This document shows positions 28,840-38,765 of a stretch of DNA of 64,000 nt, in pieces. This DNA is from an uncultured Candidatus Saccharibacteria bacterium (GTDB lineage: Bacteria > Patescibacteriota > Minisyncoccia > Phycocordibacterales > CAIZLB01). The notes under the pieces were generated by a model. It saw only the letters and a list, made by a program, of their open reading frames with translations. It was not told the origin of the DNA and did no database searches. A program made the translations under genes and the position numbers. The DNA lies in the NCBI GenBank assembly GCA_964467385.1, contig CAYXQC010000004.1:9429-73428 (forward strand). Direction: 5' to 3'. Position 1 is the stretch's first letter; every line of letters begins with the position of its first letter.

Positions 28840-31453
28840 AAACACTACGTACAAAAAAGCTGTAAAAACTGTTGGAAATTCTACAAAAACCGACAAAAAA
28901 TCTGCACCGCAAGCTCCTCAATCTAACTCAGTGCAATACGACCATTTGAAAATAGAGAAAAAATGGCAAAAAGAATGGGCTCGGACTGGAATTTATAAGA
29001 CGAAAGAAAACGACGGTAAAAATAAGGGTAAACCAAAAGCTTATATCCTCGACATGTTCCCATATCCATCTGGATCAGGTCTTCATGTTGGTCATCCACG
29101 AGGTTACATTGCAACTGATGTATATTCTCGATACAAGACCATGACTGGTCACAATGTGCTTCATCCAATGGGGTGGGATGCATTCGGTTTACCGGCTGAA
29201 GAATTCGCTCTTAAAAATAAAATTCATCCTGCAATTGCGATGAAGAAAAATGTAGCACGTTACAAAGAGCAACTATCAATCCTCGGTTTGAACTATGATT
29301 GGTCTCGAGAGGTAAATACAACTGATCCTGAATATTACAAGTGGACGCAGTGGGCGTTTTTGCAAATGCATAAAAAAGGTTTGACATACGAGTCACATGA
29401 ACCTATCAACTGGTGTCCTTCATGTAAAACCGGTCTTGCAAACGAAGATCTCGAAGACGGCAAATGCGAACGGTGTGGATCTGTAGTTGAAAAGAAGCCT
29501 ATCCGTCAGTGGGTGATTAAGATCACGAAATATGCAGATCGATTGCTTGAAGATTTGGTGGAATTGAATTGGCCAGATTCGATCAAAGAGTCTCAACGAA
29601 ATTGGATTGGCCGAAGTGAAGGTGCTGAGTTTGATTTCCCGCTCGTCGTTGGTGGTAAAGAAATTGATCAAAAAATAACTGTGTTCACTACTCGATGCGA
29701 CACTCTTTTTGGTGTGACATATGTTGTTTTGGCACCTGAGCACAAGCTCGTAGTAGAACTTTTAGGGAATAATTCCGCGATACAAAACGTGTCGGTGAAA
29801 AACGCTGACAAGGTGCGTACTTTTATTAATTCTGTAAAAGAAAAGACAGATATAGAGCGAACAGCTGAAGGAAAAGAAAAAAGTGGTATAGCCCTTGAGG
29901 GTGTCGAGGCTATCAATCCTGCGACTGGTGAAAAAGTCCCTGTGTGGATCGCTGATTATGTATTGGCGGGATATGGCACAGGTGCTGTGATGGCAGTTCC
30001 TGCGCACGATGAACGAGATTTTAAATTTGCTAAGAAATATGGGTTAGGGGTTAAGCAAGTTATTTATGTTGCCGATGGAAATTTTAGAGATGAAGAGAAT
30101 GCTGGTCCGCTTTTAGAAGATGGTCAGTTAATGAATTCTTCAAATTACGATGATATGAATTCAGCCGAAGCTCGAACTAAAATCGCGGTAGAATTCGGCC
30201 GATCGGTTGTTAACTACAAACTTCGCGACTGGGTATTTTCACGACAACGATACTGGGGTGAACCGATTCCGCTTGTGCATTGCTCAAAATGTGGCGTTGT
30301 TCCTGTACCTGAGAAAGAACTTCCAATCAAACTTCCAAATGTTAAATCATATGAACCAACTGGTACAGGTGAGTCACCACTTGCCGCTATTTCAAAATGG
30401 GTAAATACAAAATGTCCTGTGTGTAAAGCGCCAGCTAAACGAGAAACAAACACTATGCCACAGTGGGCTGGTTCATGTTGGTATTACCTTCGATATATTG
30501 ATCCAAAAAATAAGAAGGCGTTGGTTGATCCGAAGAAAGAAAAGTACTGGCAGCCAGTAAATATGTATGTAGGTGGGGCAGAACATGCAACACGACATCT
30601 TATCTATGCTCGATTTTGGCATAAGTTCCTCTTTGATATTGGCGTGGTTTCGACAAAAGAACCATTTACCCAGCTCAAAAATCAAGGACTCATCGCAGGA
30701 CCTGATGGCAGAAAAATGAGTAAGCGTTTTGGAAATGTAGTGAATCCTGACGATGTTGTGAAGCTTTATGGTGCAGACACACTTCGGGTATATGAAATGT
30801 TTATGGGACCATTTGATTCTGGTATTGCCTGGAGTACTGATAATATGATCGGTTCACGACGATTTATCGAGCGAGTGTGGCGACTTGGTGAAAAAGTCGC
30901 TTTCAGCAATACTAAAAACAGCAACGATAGTTCACAAAATAGTACAAATAAAGATCTCGAATCTCTCATGCATCGAACTATTAAAAAAGTGACCGATGAT
31001 ATTGAGGCATTCAACATGAACACAGCGATTTCAACCATGATGATTTACTTAAATTCGCTTGAAGCTGAAGTAAAAAATGGGAATGCTGTTTCTGGAGAAA
31101 TGTATGAAATGTTGCTCAAACTTCTCGCTCCTTTCGCGCCGCATGCGACAGATGAGTTATGGGTAATGTATTTTGCGAAAATAAAGCGTGCAAAAAAGCC
31201 TGCGAAGTCTATCCATCTTGAAAATTGGCCAACATATGATCCTAAAAAACTCGAATCAACAACGTTTAGGATTGTAGTACAGGTCAATAGCAAAGTTAGA
31301 GGTACATTCATAAGTGGCACAGACATCGAAGCTGATGTTATTTCGGCGGCACTTGCACTTCCGGAAATTAAGCAAAGAATCGGTGATAAAAAACCATCTA
31401 AAACTTTCTACGTGAAAGGGAAGTTGGTGAACCTTGTTGTCGACGGTATTTAA
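28799..31453 (+). CDS. leuS: leucyl-tRNA synthetase with a Lys-rich ~45-aa N-terminal extension (start uncertain)
   Basis: FPYPSGSGLHVGHPRGY (HIGH). KMSKRFGNVV (KMSKS). CP1 editing and zinc-knuckle Cys motifs. The first 41 nt overlap the upstream gene. Confidence 0.9.
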   Translation: MAQKHTNKKSNTGKNTTYKKAVKTVGNSTKTDKKSAPQAPQSNSVQYDHLKIEKKWQKEWARTGIYKTKENDGKNKGKPKAYILDMFPYPSGSGLHVGHPRGYIATDVYSRYKTMTGHNVLHPMGWDAFGLPAEEFALKNKIHPAIAMKKNVARYKEQLSILGLNYDWSREVNTTDPEYYKWTQWAFLQMHKKGLTYESHEPINWCPSCKTGLANEDLEDGKCERCGSVVEKKPIRQWVIKITKYADRLLEDLVELNWPDSIKESQRNWIGRSEGAEFDFPLVVGGKEIDQKITVFTTRCDTLFGVTYVVLAPEHKLVVELLGNNSAIQNVSVKNADKVRTFINSVKEKTDIERTAEGKEKSGIALEGVEAINPATGEKVPVWIADYVLAGYGTGAVMAVPAHDERDFKFAKKYGLGVKQVIYVADGNFRDEENAGPLLEDGQLMNSSNYDDMNSAEARTKIAVEFGRSVVNYKLRDWVFSRQRYWGEPIPLVHCSKCGVVPVPEKELPIKLPNVKSYEPTGTGESPLAAISKWVNTKCPVCKAPAKRETNTMPQWAGSCWYYLRYIDPKNKKALVDPKKEKYWQPVNMYVGGAEHATRHLIYARFWHKFLFDIGVVSTKEPFTQLKNQGLIAGPDGRKMSKRFGNVVNPDDVVKLYGADTLRVYEMFMGPFDSGIAWSTDNMIGSRRFIERVWRLGEKVAFSNTKNSNDSSQNSTNKDLESLMHRTIKKVTDDIEAFNMNTAISTMMIYLNSLEAEVKNGNAVSGEMYEMLLKLLAPFAPHATDELWVMYFAKIKRAKKPAKSIHLENWPTYDPKKLESTTFRIVVQVNSKVRGTFISGTDIEADVISAALALPEIKQRIGDKKPSKTFYVKGKLVNLVVDGI

Positions 31454-31615
31454 ATTCTTCCCGAAGCTCAATGTGTGCAAAAAAGCTACTTTCGGAAAAC
31501 CTTGCTCGAATCCATTTGTCAATAGGCCAGGCTGGGTGACCCTTGACAGATGTGGCCTTATCTCTTGACTCTTTCCTAACCCCGTGCTAAAAATACAGGT
31601 ATAAAAATCTAAATT

Positions 31616-32671
31616 ATGGCAACTGCACCAACACTATCATTCAAGCCGAAGATCGTTACTAAGAGACTCCTTTCTGCGCTCCCTGAAAGAGCTCGACTGG
31701 TTGTTACAAAGCGATATGGTCTCGACAAGGACAATGAAAAGATGACACTTGAAGCTATCGGCGAAACATATAACATCACCCGAGAACGAGTTCGACAGAT
31801 TGAGCACGCTGCTCTACAAAACATTCGAAAGTCAGCTTTCTATAAGCAAGAAAAACCTATTTTCGAGGAACTCTATACATATATTCATGATCTTGGTGGC
31901 ATGATCGGTGAAGAAGAGCTTCTTAAGCATTTTGCAAAAGATCAGTCTACACAGAATCATATTCATTTTATGCTCGTGGTAGGTGAAAACTTCAAGAAAG
32001 AAAAAGAAGACCCTGAATTCAAACACCGATGGCATGTTGACGCACAACTTTCAAAGAAGATTCATGAAGCGCTCCGAAAGCTCTACAAAACTCTTGGTGA
32101 TGATGATTTGATTCCAGAGTCAGAGATGATTAAAACATTCCTTGAGCATTTGAAAGATGTAAATGAAAAGTACAAGAACGACGAAGTTGCAAAGCGATGG
32201 TTAAATATTTCTAAAAACATCGCCAAAAACCCTCTAGGTGAATGGGGTAAGTCAGATTCTCAGAATGTTAAAACAAAAGGTATTCGAGATTATGCCTTTC
32301 TTGCAATGCGAAAGCATGGTTCACCGATCCATTTCCGAGATATTGCAAAGCTTATCGAAAAACTCTTTAACAAGAAGGCTCATGTTGCTACTACTCATAA
32401 CGAACTTATCAAGGATAAGCGATTCGTACTCGTAGGACGAGGGCTCTATGCTCTTACAGAATGGGGTTATGCAAGTGGTGTCGTGAAAGACGTTATCAAG
32501 AAAATGATCGAAAAGTACGGTCCTCTTACCAAAGAAGAAATAATTCAAAAGGTTATGAAGGAACGATATGTAAAAGAAAACACAATCCTCGTTAACCTCC
32601 AAAACTCAAAATTCTTCAAGAAAGATAAGGATGGAAAATACTCTCTCGGTGGCGATCTTGCAGAAAAATAA
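31616..32671 (+). CDS. sigma-70 region-4 domain protein with a ~270-aa C-terminal domain of unknown function
   Basis: N-terminus LVVTKRYGLDKDNEKMTLEAIGETYNITRERVRQIEHAALQNIRK is a canonical region 4.2 HTH. No region 2 is present. Confidence 0.6.
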   Translation: MATAPTLSFKPKIVTKRLLSALPERARLVVTKRYGLDKDNEKMTLEAIGETYNITRERVRQIEHAALQNIRKSAFYKQEKPIFEELYTYIHDLGGMIGEEELLKHFAKDQSTQNHIHFMLVVGENFKKEKEDPEFKHRWHVDAQLSKKIHEALRKLYKTLGDDDLIPESEMIKTFLEHLKDVNEKYKNDEVAKRWLNISKNIAKNPLGEWGKSDSQNVKTKGIRDYAFLAMRKHGSPIHFRDIAKLIEKLFNKKAHVATTHNELIKDKRFVLVGRGLYALTEWGYASGVVKDVIKKMIEKYGPLTKEEIIQKVMKERYVKENTILVNLQNSKFFKKDKDGKYSLGGDLAEK

Positions 32672-32935
32672 AAGAAAAATCCTTATTTAAACAAGCCAAA
32701 CTTTATGCAAAGCGTACATCTAACTGGTGTGCGTTTTGTTATCCTTGTTGCAAGGATCTTGAATAGTGGTAGCATTTAGCTTGTACAAAAGAAATACATA
32801 TTCTTGGAGCGAAAAGGTTTTTAATCACCTTCGCAATCAAACCAGAATATGCAATCTTCGTACATTGTTCAGCAATTCTATAGCTGACTCTTAGCTCTTT
32901 TAGTGCAACCGTTAAAATAGAGAGGCAAAATTGCA

Positions 32936-33103
32936 GTGAAATCCACTTCAGTCAAAACGTCTGCATTGGCCAAAAGCACCCTCGAACGCACCATCATCGC
33001 CTCGGGCTTCGCGCTCCTGGCTCTGATGGCTGTGGCCTGTTTCTCTCAACATCACCACCCACCGTGGCTTGATCACTCTTTGGGCGCTGGAGGCTCAAGC
33101 TAA
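32936..33103 (+). CDS. putative 55-aa lipoprotein-like micropeptide (GTG start) in a GC-rich intergenic block
   Basis: RBS gagagg 10 nt upstream of the GTG. Signal-peptide-like ...TIIASGFALLALMAVAC, then a His-rich tail FSQHHHPPWLDHSLGAGGSS. Below the 60-aa ORF-track cutoff. Could instead be a structured RNA. Confidence 0.2.
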   Translation: MKSTSVKTSALAKSTLERTIIASGFALLALMAVACFSQHHHPPWLDHSLGAGGSS

Positions 33104-33363
33104 TCCTCAGAATTCTGCTAAAACGTGATATGTAAATGTCCTCGGTCAATTCTCCATGTATCGACCAGATGCCATAAACATCATGTTCAAAGCAGAATAC
33201 GAGTCATCTTTGCGTATCTCTCGCTCACGCGCACTTCCTTGTTTTAAACTCTCATCTCCAGCAGTCTACGCAATCCGCTGGGTCAGGTGAAAGTTAACGA
33301 GGAGGTGCGTTTTTTTACACACAAAATTTGCACCTATACTAAATATGCTAGAATATATCGCAT

Positions 33364-34638
33364 ATGGATTCTTTCTTTGAATCAGTAACCGTTAATGCCG
33401 TTCTTGTTTTTTTCTTTAAGATTGTCTATCTTGGTATTGCAATTGCAGTCCCTGTCTATCTTTCAAAAAAGTTTTGGAAAAAATGGAAAGCCTATGTCCG
33501 TGCACAGTTTTTTGCTAAGCAAAAGTACGTAGTACTTGAACTTAAAATTCCAAAGGGTTCAACAAAATCACCACTCGCCATGGAGGTATTCATGCATTGT
33601 TTGAATCAGACTGGCGGAGAGGGGACAAACTATGACAAGTTTTGGCTCGGTAAAAGTCGGACGATGTTTTCACTCGAAATTGTCTCAAACGGTGGTGACG
33701 TTAGTTTTTTGATCTGGACACGAGAGACATTTCAGGCAATTGTTGAGAATAACCTGTATTCGCAATTTCCAGATATTGAGATTCGAGTAGTTGATGATTA
33801 TGCATTTGATACACCATATGATGGCTCTGGTGATATTGAAATGTTTGCATGTGATTTTGTAAAAAATAAGGACTCTCATTATCCTATAAAAACGTATGTA
33901 CAGTACGGCTTAGATAAAGACCCTGACGAGGAGTTTAAGGTCGACCCAATCACACCCGTGATTGAAACACTTGGTTCACTTCAGAAAGGTGAGCAGATTT
34001 GGATTCAGATTGGTGTACGGGCGCACAAAAAAGAGATTCCAAAACCTGATACATGGTTTGAAAAAGTTGATTGGGAACATTTTGCTAAAGATGAAATCAA
34101 GAAGCTTATGAAGCGTGACGAGAAGCCAAAGGAGGGTCAACTTAAGATCGAAGAGCTTTCTATGACAAAGGGTGAGAAGGAAAAAGTGGAAGCTATTGAG
34201 AAAAATATTTCGAAAATAGCTTTTGATTGTGGTATTCGTGTGATTTATCTTGGTAAGAAAGATAAAGTGCGTGGAACTTTTGTGCCCGCAGTTACGGGTA
34301 TTTTTAAGCAATACAATACTACAAATCTCAATGGGTTTAAGCCTGCAAATGCGACATCTTTTGACTATCCATGGCAGGATCGAAGTGGTAAGAAACTTAT
34401 TCAGCACAAGAAAGCAATGTTGTATCTCTACAAGTATCGTTACTTCTTTTTCGATGAGTTTTTTCCGACTCAATACAAGACCATGTTCACTAAAAAAGAT
34501 TATGATTACCAACCATTTGTCCTCAGTGTTGAGGAATTAGCTAGTCTTTATCACTTCCCAGGTGATGTGTCACGAACCCCATCACTCTCACGTATTAATG
34601 CTAAGAAAGTTGAGCCGCCTGCGAATCTGCCAGTTTAG
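33364..34638 (+). CDS. hypothetical membrane-anchored protein (424 aa)
   Basis: N-terminal TM (VLVFFFKIVYLGIAIAVPVYL). Lys/Glu-rich middle region. Conserved-looking C-terminus LSVEELASLYHFPG. Promoter TTTGCA-N16-TAGAAT upstream. Confidence 0.5.
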   Translation: MDSFFESVTVNAVLVFFFKIVYLGIAIAVPVYLSKKFWKKWKAYVRAQFFAKQKYVVLELKIPKGSTKSPLAMEVFMHCLNQTGGEGTNYDKFWLGKSRTMFSLEIVSNGGDVSFLIWTRETFQAIVENNLYSQFPDIEIRVVDDYAFDTPYDGSGDIEMFACDFVKNKDSHYPIKTYVQYGLDKDPDEEFKVDPITPVIETLGSLQKGEQIWIQIGVRAHKKEIPKPDTWFEKVDWEHFAKDEIKKLMKRDEKPKEGQLKIEELSMTKGEKEKVEAIEKNISKIAFDCGIRVIYLGKKDKVRGTFVPAVTGIFKQYNTTNLNGFKPANATSFDYPWQDRSGKKLIQHKKAMLYLYKYRYFFFDEFFPTQYKTMFTKKDYDYQPFVLSVEELASLYHFPGDVSRTPSLSRINAKKVEPPANLPV

Positions 34639-34679
34639 TTATGTATATTTTGTAATCTGTCACTGAATTTAAATTATCC

Positions 34680-35696
34680 ATGCCGCTAGAAAACAATACT
34701 GAGTCAGAAAATATAATTGAAAATTCAATTCTAAAACATGCATTAAGTATTGGTGTGACTTTGGTGCTATGTACACTCATTATACTTGGTGTATTTTATT
34801 TCAAACTTGTAAAAGCACCATCTGGCAGAACACAAGAGAGTTATCCAATCCGAGTAGTCATCGAACAAGGTCAAAATGCTGCATCTATAGCTGCTGAATT
34901 GAAAGAACAGCAAGTAATTTCGTCAGCAGGTTTCTTGCGACGACTCATATTGTTTCGAGGAAAGTCGGTACGCATATCTTCTGGAACATATATATTTGAA
35001 AATCCATCTACTGTTTTTACGGTTATGGACAGACTTATTAAAAGTGATTTTGGTTATACACCAGTAAAAGTCACAGTACCAGAAGGGATGAATGTGAAAT
35101 CTTTGACTCGACTTATAAGTGAAAAGTTTCCGCACCTTTCTGCGGATCAGTTTGCACTTGAATCTGCCAAATACGAAGGTTATTTATTCCCAGAAACATA
35201 TTTCTTCGAGCCAAGTGCAACATCTAGTGCCATTATTGCTCGCATGACTTCAATGTTTGACCAGATGATTACTAAACACCTCCCAGAATTTACAACTCTA
35301 AGTGAATCACAAAGACGTGACACTATCATTCTCGCATCAATCCTTGAAGAAGAGGTGCAAACGTATGAAGATAAGCAAATGGTCGCTGATTTACTCATGC
35401 ATCGCATGAAAATCGGCATGGCACTTCAGGTTGATGCTACGCTGGCATATCGTTTTGGGAAAACTTCAGCTGAGCTTCGTGCTGATGATTTGAAATCAGA
35501 GGATCCGTACAATACATATACGCATCGTGGTCTGCCACCAACTCCAATTTCTAACCCTGGCCTTGAGTCAATTCGAGCAGCTTTGAATCCGCTTCCAAAT
35601 CCATATCTCTTCTATCTTTCTGATAAAAATGGTATAACACATTTCTCAAAAACTCATGAAGAACACGTTAAACTCAAAGCTACATACCTCAGATAA
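34680..35696 (+). CDS. mltG: MltG/YceG-like endolytic transglycosylase, paralog 2
   Basis: YNTYTHRGLPPTPISNPGLESIRAALNP...LFYLS. N-terminal TM. Confidence 0.75.
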   Translation: MPLENNTESENIIENSILKHALSIGVTLVLCTLIILGVFYFKLVKAPSGRTQESYPIRVVIEQGQNAASIAAELKEQQVISSAGFLRRLILFRGKSVRISSGTYIFENPSTVFTVMDRLIKSDFGYTPVKVTVPEGMNVKSLTRLISEKFPHLSADQFALESAKYEGYLFPETYFFEPSATSSAIIARMTSMFDQMITKHLPEFTTLSESQRRDTIILASILEEEVQTYEDKQMVADLLMHRMKIGMALQVDATLAYRFGKTSAELRADDLKSEDPYNTYTHRGLPPTPISNPGLESIRAALNPLPNPYLFYLSDKNGITHFSKTHEEHVKLKATYLR

Positions 35697-36963
35697 GGGC
35701 GCACATGCTGTTTCAGATGTTCTGGCAGCAAATCAAACTCCGGGTCGGAAAGTCTTTGTGGGTATGTCTGGTGGTGTTGATTCTTCTGTATCAGCAGCAC
35801 TCCTCAAAGAAGCTGGATATGATGTCACTGGTGTGTTTATAAAAGTATGGCAACCAGATTCTACTGATTGTGGCTGGAAAGATGAGAGACGTGATGCTAT
35901 GCGAGTTGCTGCTGTACTTGATATCCCATTTTTGACTCTCGATTTTAGTGAAGTATATAAGCGTGAAGTGGTTGATTATATGATTAATGAATATGCTTCG
36001 GGTCGCACACCGAATCCTGACGTAATGTGTAATCGTCATGTAAAATTCGGTTCATTTTTAAAATATGCACGCGAACATGGTGCAGATTTCGTGGCTACGG
36101 GGCATTATGCGCAAAATGTAGAGATAGAAAATACTGATAGAGGCATTCGCGGTGGTAATATCGGTGGGACTGAAACAGTTGCTAAACCAAAAAAATACGT
36201 AGCTGAAAGTGTTGATAATCAAAAAGATCAAAGCTATTTTCTCTGGACTTTACATGAAAAGGATCTGGAGTACATATTGTTTCCAATTGGTCATCTAGAA
36301 AAAACAGAAGTGCGAAAACTTGCTGAAAAATTTGGATTACCTGTATTTGATAAAAAAGATAGTCAAGGTGTGTGCTTTATTGGTCACCTCGATATGAAAG
36401 AGTTCTTAAAAGAGCATATCCCAGGTGCTGCGAGGGTAGGTGAAGTTTTGGATACAACTGGAACAGTGATTGGTTCTCATGAAGGTGCGATACTGTATAC
36501 AATAGGTGAGCGACATGGGTTTAATCATATCGTGAAAAATACTGATCCTTTGCCACTTTTTGTAATTGCAAAAGATGTCAAAAAAAATACTATAACTGTT
36601 GCGCCGAAATCTGCACATGTAGCAATGGATAACGGCGGACAAAACGGTACAACCTTATCGACTCAAATAAGACTTCGAGATGTAAATCTACACAGTGATT
36701 TTGATGAACGACTTCGTATCGGAAAAGGTGCGAAGGTTGAACTCGAATGCAGGATTCGGTACCGACAAGAAAAACAAAAATGCACTTTGATGGTGCAAAC
36801 TGATAAAAATGGCGATCCAGAGTATATCGTTAAATTTGAAGAATTTCAGCACGGGCTGGCTGAGGGACAGTCTCTTGTTCTGTACTCTGATACTGTTAGC
36901 ACAAAAAATTCACAAAAAAACACTACACTTTGTATCGGTGGTGGTATAATCGAACTTATATGA
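35656..36963 (+). CDS. mnmA: tRNA-specific 2-thiouridylase MnmA (PP-loop ATPase) with insertion (start uncertain)
   Basis: KVFVGMSGGVDSSVSAALL PP-loop. Catalytic Cys region DVMCNRHVKF. Confidence 0.85.
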   Translation: MKNTLNSKLHTSDKGAHAVSDVLAANQTPGRKVFVGMSGGVDSSVSAALLKEAGYDVTGVFIKVWQPDSTDCGWKDERRDAMRVAAVLDIPFLTLDFSEVYKREVVDYMINEYASGRTPNPDVMCNRHVKFGSFLKYAREHGADFVATGHYAQNVEIENTDRGIRGGNIGGTETVAKPKKYVAESVDNQKDQSYFLWTLHEKDLEYILFPIGHLEKTEVRKLAEKFGLPVFDKKDSQGVCFIGHLDMKEFLKEHIPGAARVGEVLDTTGTVIGSHEGAILYTIGERHGFNHIVKNTDPLPLFVIAKDVKKNTITVAPKSAHVAMDNGGQNGTTLSTQIRLRDVNLHSDFDERLRIGKGAKVELECRIRYRQEKQKCTLMVQTDKNGDPEYIVKFEEFQHGLAEGQSLVLYSDTVSTKNSQKNTTLCIGGGIIELI

Positions 36964-37844
36964 GTCCAGTATATATAACCAAAGAAGACGGTCAGGTAGA
37001 AGAGTTTGATCCTATTAAGCTGCAAGAATCCTTGATACGAGCAGGAGCTCAGCAAAACCTAGCAGAAAAAATCGCCAGAGAAATGGTTGATGATATTAAA
37101 GCCGGTGTTTGTGATCCTGAATCGGCAAATGGTGGCACTTGTACAGTTCATCAGATTTTCTCAAAAGCTTTTGAGATGTTGAAACAGGCTTCAATTGCCG
37201 CAGCTGCACGGTATTCGCTTCGACGGTCTATTATGGAATTCGGTCCAAGTGGCTTTCCATTTGAAAAATATGTAGCCCAAATTTTCAATGCCAAAGGCTA
37301 CACAACCCTCACAGACCAGCTTGTATATGGCGGTTGTGTACCACACGAGGTAGATGTAGTGGCTTGGAACGAGGAAAAACTCATCATGGCTGAGGTTAAA
37401 TACCACAATGAGCAGGGTGGGAAGTCTGATCTAAAAACTGCACTCTATGTGAAAGCGCGATACGATGATTTGAAAGATAATTCATTTACATACGGAGATT
37501 TTCCTCCACGTAAAATTGATCAATGGCTGTTGATTACAAATACGAAATTTACTGAAACTGCTATTACCTATGCAAAATGCAAAGGTCTTGAACTTATCAG
37601 TTGGATGTATCCTGAAAAAGGCAATCTGCTCGACATGATTGAAGAAACCAAACTTCATCCGATCACATGTCTTACTACTTTATCGGCAAATGACAAAAAG
37701 GATTTGTTGGCACATGATATTGTGCTTTGCAAAACTATTTATGAAAAGCGACAACTCCTAAAAGAAATCGGTTTGACAGACGCTAAGATTTTTAAAGTTA
37801 TGGAAGAAATTGGGCAAATCATCAATTTGGCGCCGAGGGATTAG
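36960..37844 (+). CDS. ATP-cone domain fused to Mrr-like restriction-endonuclease (PD-(D/E)XK) domain protein
   Basis: ATP-cone VYITKEDGQVEEFDPIKLQESLIRAG...AEKIAREMV. Mrr_cat-like FEKYVAQIFNAKGYTTL...HEVDVVAWNEEKLIMAEVKYH. Start chosen at the ATGA overlap with mnmA (track: 36930). Confidence 0.65.
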   Translation: MSPVYITKEDGQVEEFDPIKLQESLIRAGAQQNLAEKIAREMVDDIKAGVCDPESANGGTCTVHQIFSKAFEMLKQASIAAAARYSLRRSIMEFGPSGFPFEKYVAQIFNAKGYTTLTDQLVYGGCVPHEVDVVAWNEEKLIMAEVKYHNEQGGKSDLKTALYVKARYDDLKDNSFTYGDFPPRKIDQWLLITNTKFTETAITYAKCKGLELISWMYPEKGNLLDMIEETKLHPITCLTTLSANDKKDLLAHDIVLCKTIYEKRQLLKEIGLTDAKIFKVMEEIGQIINLAPRD

Positions 37845-37893
37845 TGCCGAGGTGGTTTTTTATTTTGTGCTCTTTATGTGCTAACATAAAAAC

Positions 37894-38721
37894 ATGGCCT
37901 GGACATCAACCTGGAAGAAGAAATTTTATATCCCCGGACAGACTGAACCGTTTAAGTTGAGCCGCTCTAAAATTGACCTTTTTGTTGATTGTCCTCGATG
38001 TTTCTATCTTGATCGACGACTCGAGGTTGGACGGCCGAGCATGCCTCCATTTACCCTAAACAGCGCTGTAGATCATCTTTTGAAAAAAGAATTTGATATG
38101 CACCGTAAAGCTGGCACACCGCATCCTTTGATGACCGAGAACGGTCTTGATTTTGTGCCATTTGATCATGACAAGATAAACGAGTGGCGTGAGAACTTCG
38201 TTGGTGTGCAATACTTGCATAAAGAAAGTAATTTCCTTGTTTTTGGAGCGGTTGATGATTTGTGGGTTGATGCAAAAGGTAAAGTTCATGTGGTTGATTA
38301 CAAAGCTACTAGCAAAGATGAGGCTGTGACAAAGCTCGAGGATACAAAATGGCATGACCAGTATCGACGACAGATGGAAATTTACCAATGGCTTTTGAAG
38401 CATAATGATCTTAATGTTTCTGATACTGGGTATTTTGTATACGTAACGGGCCGAAAAGATCTTGATAGTTTCGATGGCAAACTCGAATTTTACACAAATT
38501 TGATTTCATATAAAGGAAAAAGTGATTGGGTTGATGAAACTTTAATGCAGGCCAAGGCGTGTCTTGATGGAGATTCAATTCCAGAAGCTGGTCATGATTG
38601 CGAGTATTGTAACTATCGCGAAAATGCCGGTAATGCATTCAAAAAGCATGTTGCAAAGTTTGGTGCGAAGGCAATGGGGAAGAAAGGTAGTGCGACAAGT
38701 TCAAATAAAGTGAAGAAATAG
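37894..38721 (+). CDS. Cas4-like PD-(D/E)XK nuclease with Fe-S cysteine pattern (DUF83-type)
   Basis: N-terminal CPRC. C-terminal C-X10-C-X2-C (KACLDGD...HDCEYCNY). D..K core (VVDYKAT). No CRISPR array nearby. Confidence 0.65.
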   Translation: MAWTSTWKKKFYIPGQTEPFKLSRSKIDLFVDCPRCFYLDRRLEVGRPSMPPFTLNSAVDHLLKKEFDMHRKAGTPHPLMTENGLDFVPFDHDKINEWRENFVGVQYLHKESNFLVFGAVDDLWVDAKGKVHVVDYKATSKDEAVTKLEDTKWHDQYRRQMEIYQWLLKHNDLNVSDTGYFVYVTGRKDLDSFDGKLEFYTNLISYKGKSDWVDETLMQAKACLDGDSIPEAGHDCEYCNYRENAGNAFKKHVAKFGAKAMGKKGSATSSNKVKK

Positions 38722-38765
38722 ATATTAACTTCTAAAATAATTTAACATTATGGCGCGAGAATAAC

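Noticed and set aside
32672-33363. tmRNA or RNase P RNA in the GC-rich intergenic block
   Set aside because: No tRNA-like T-arm or CCA-proximal acceptor, no ALAA-type tag frame, and no GGAAAGUCC / ACAGAA P4 strands were found. Kept only as an unexplained region.
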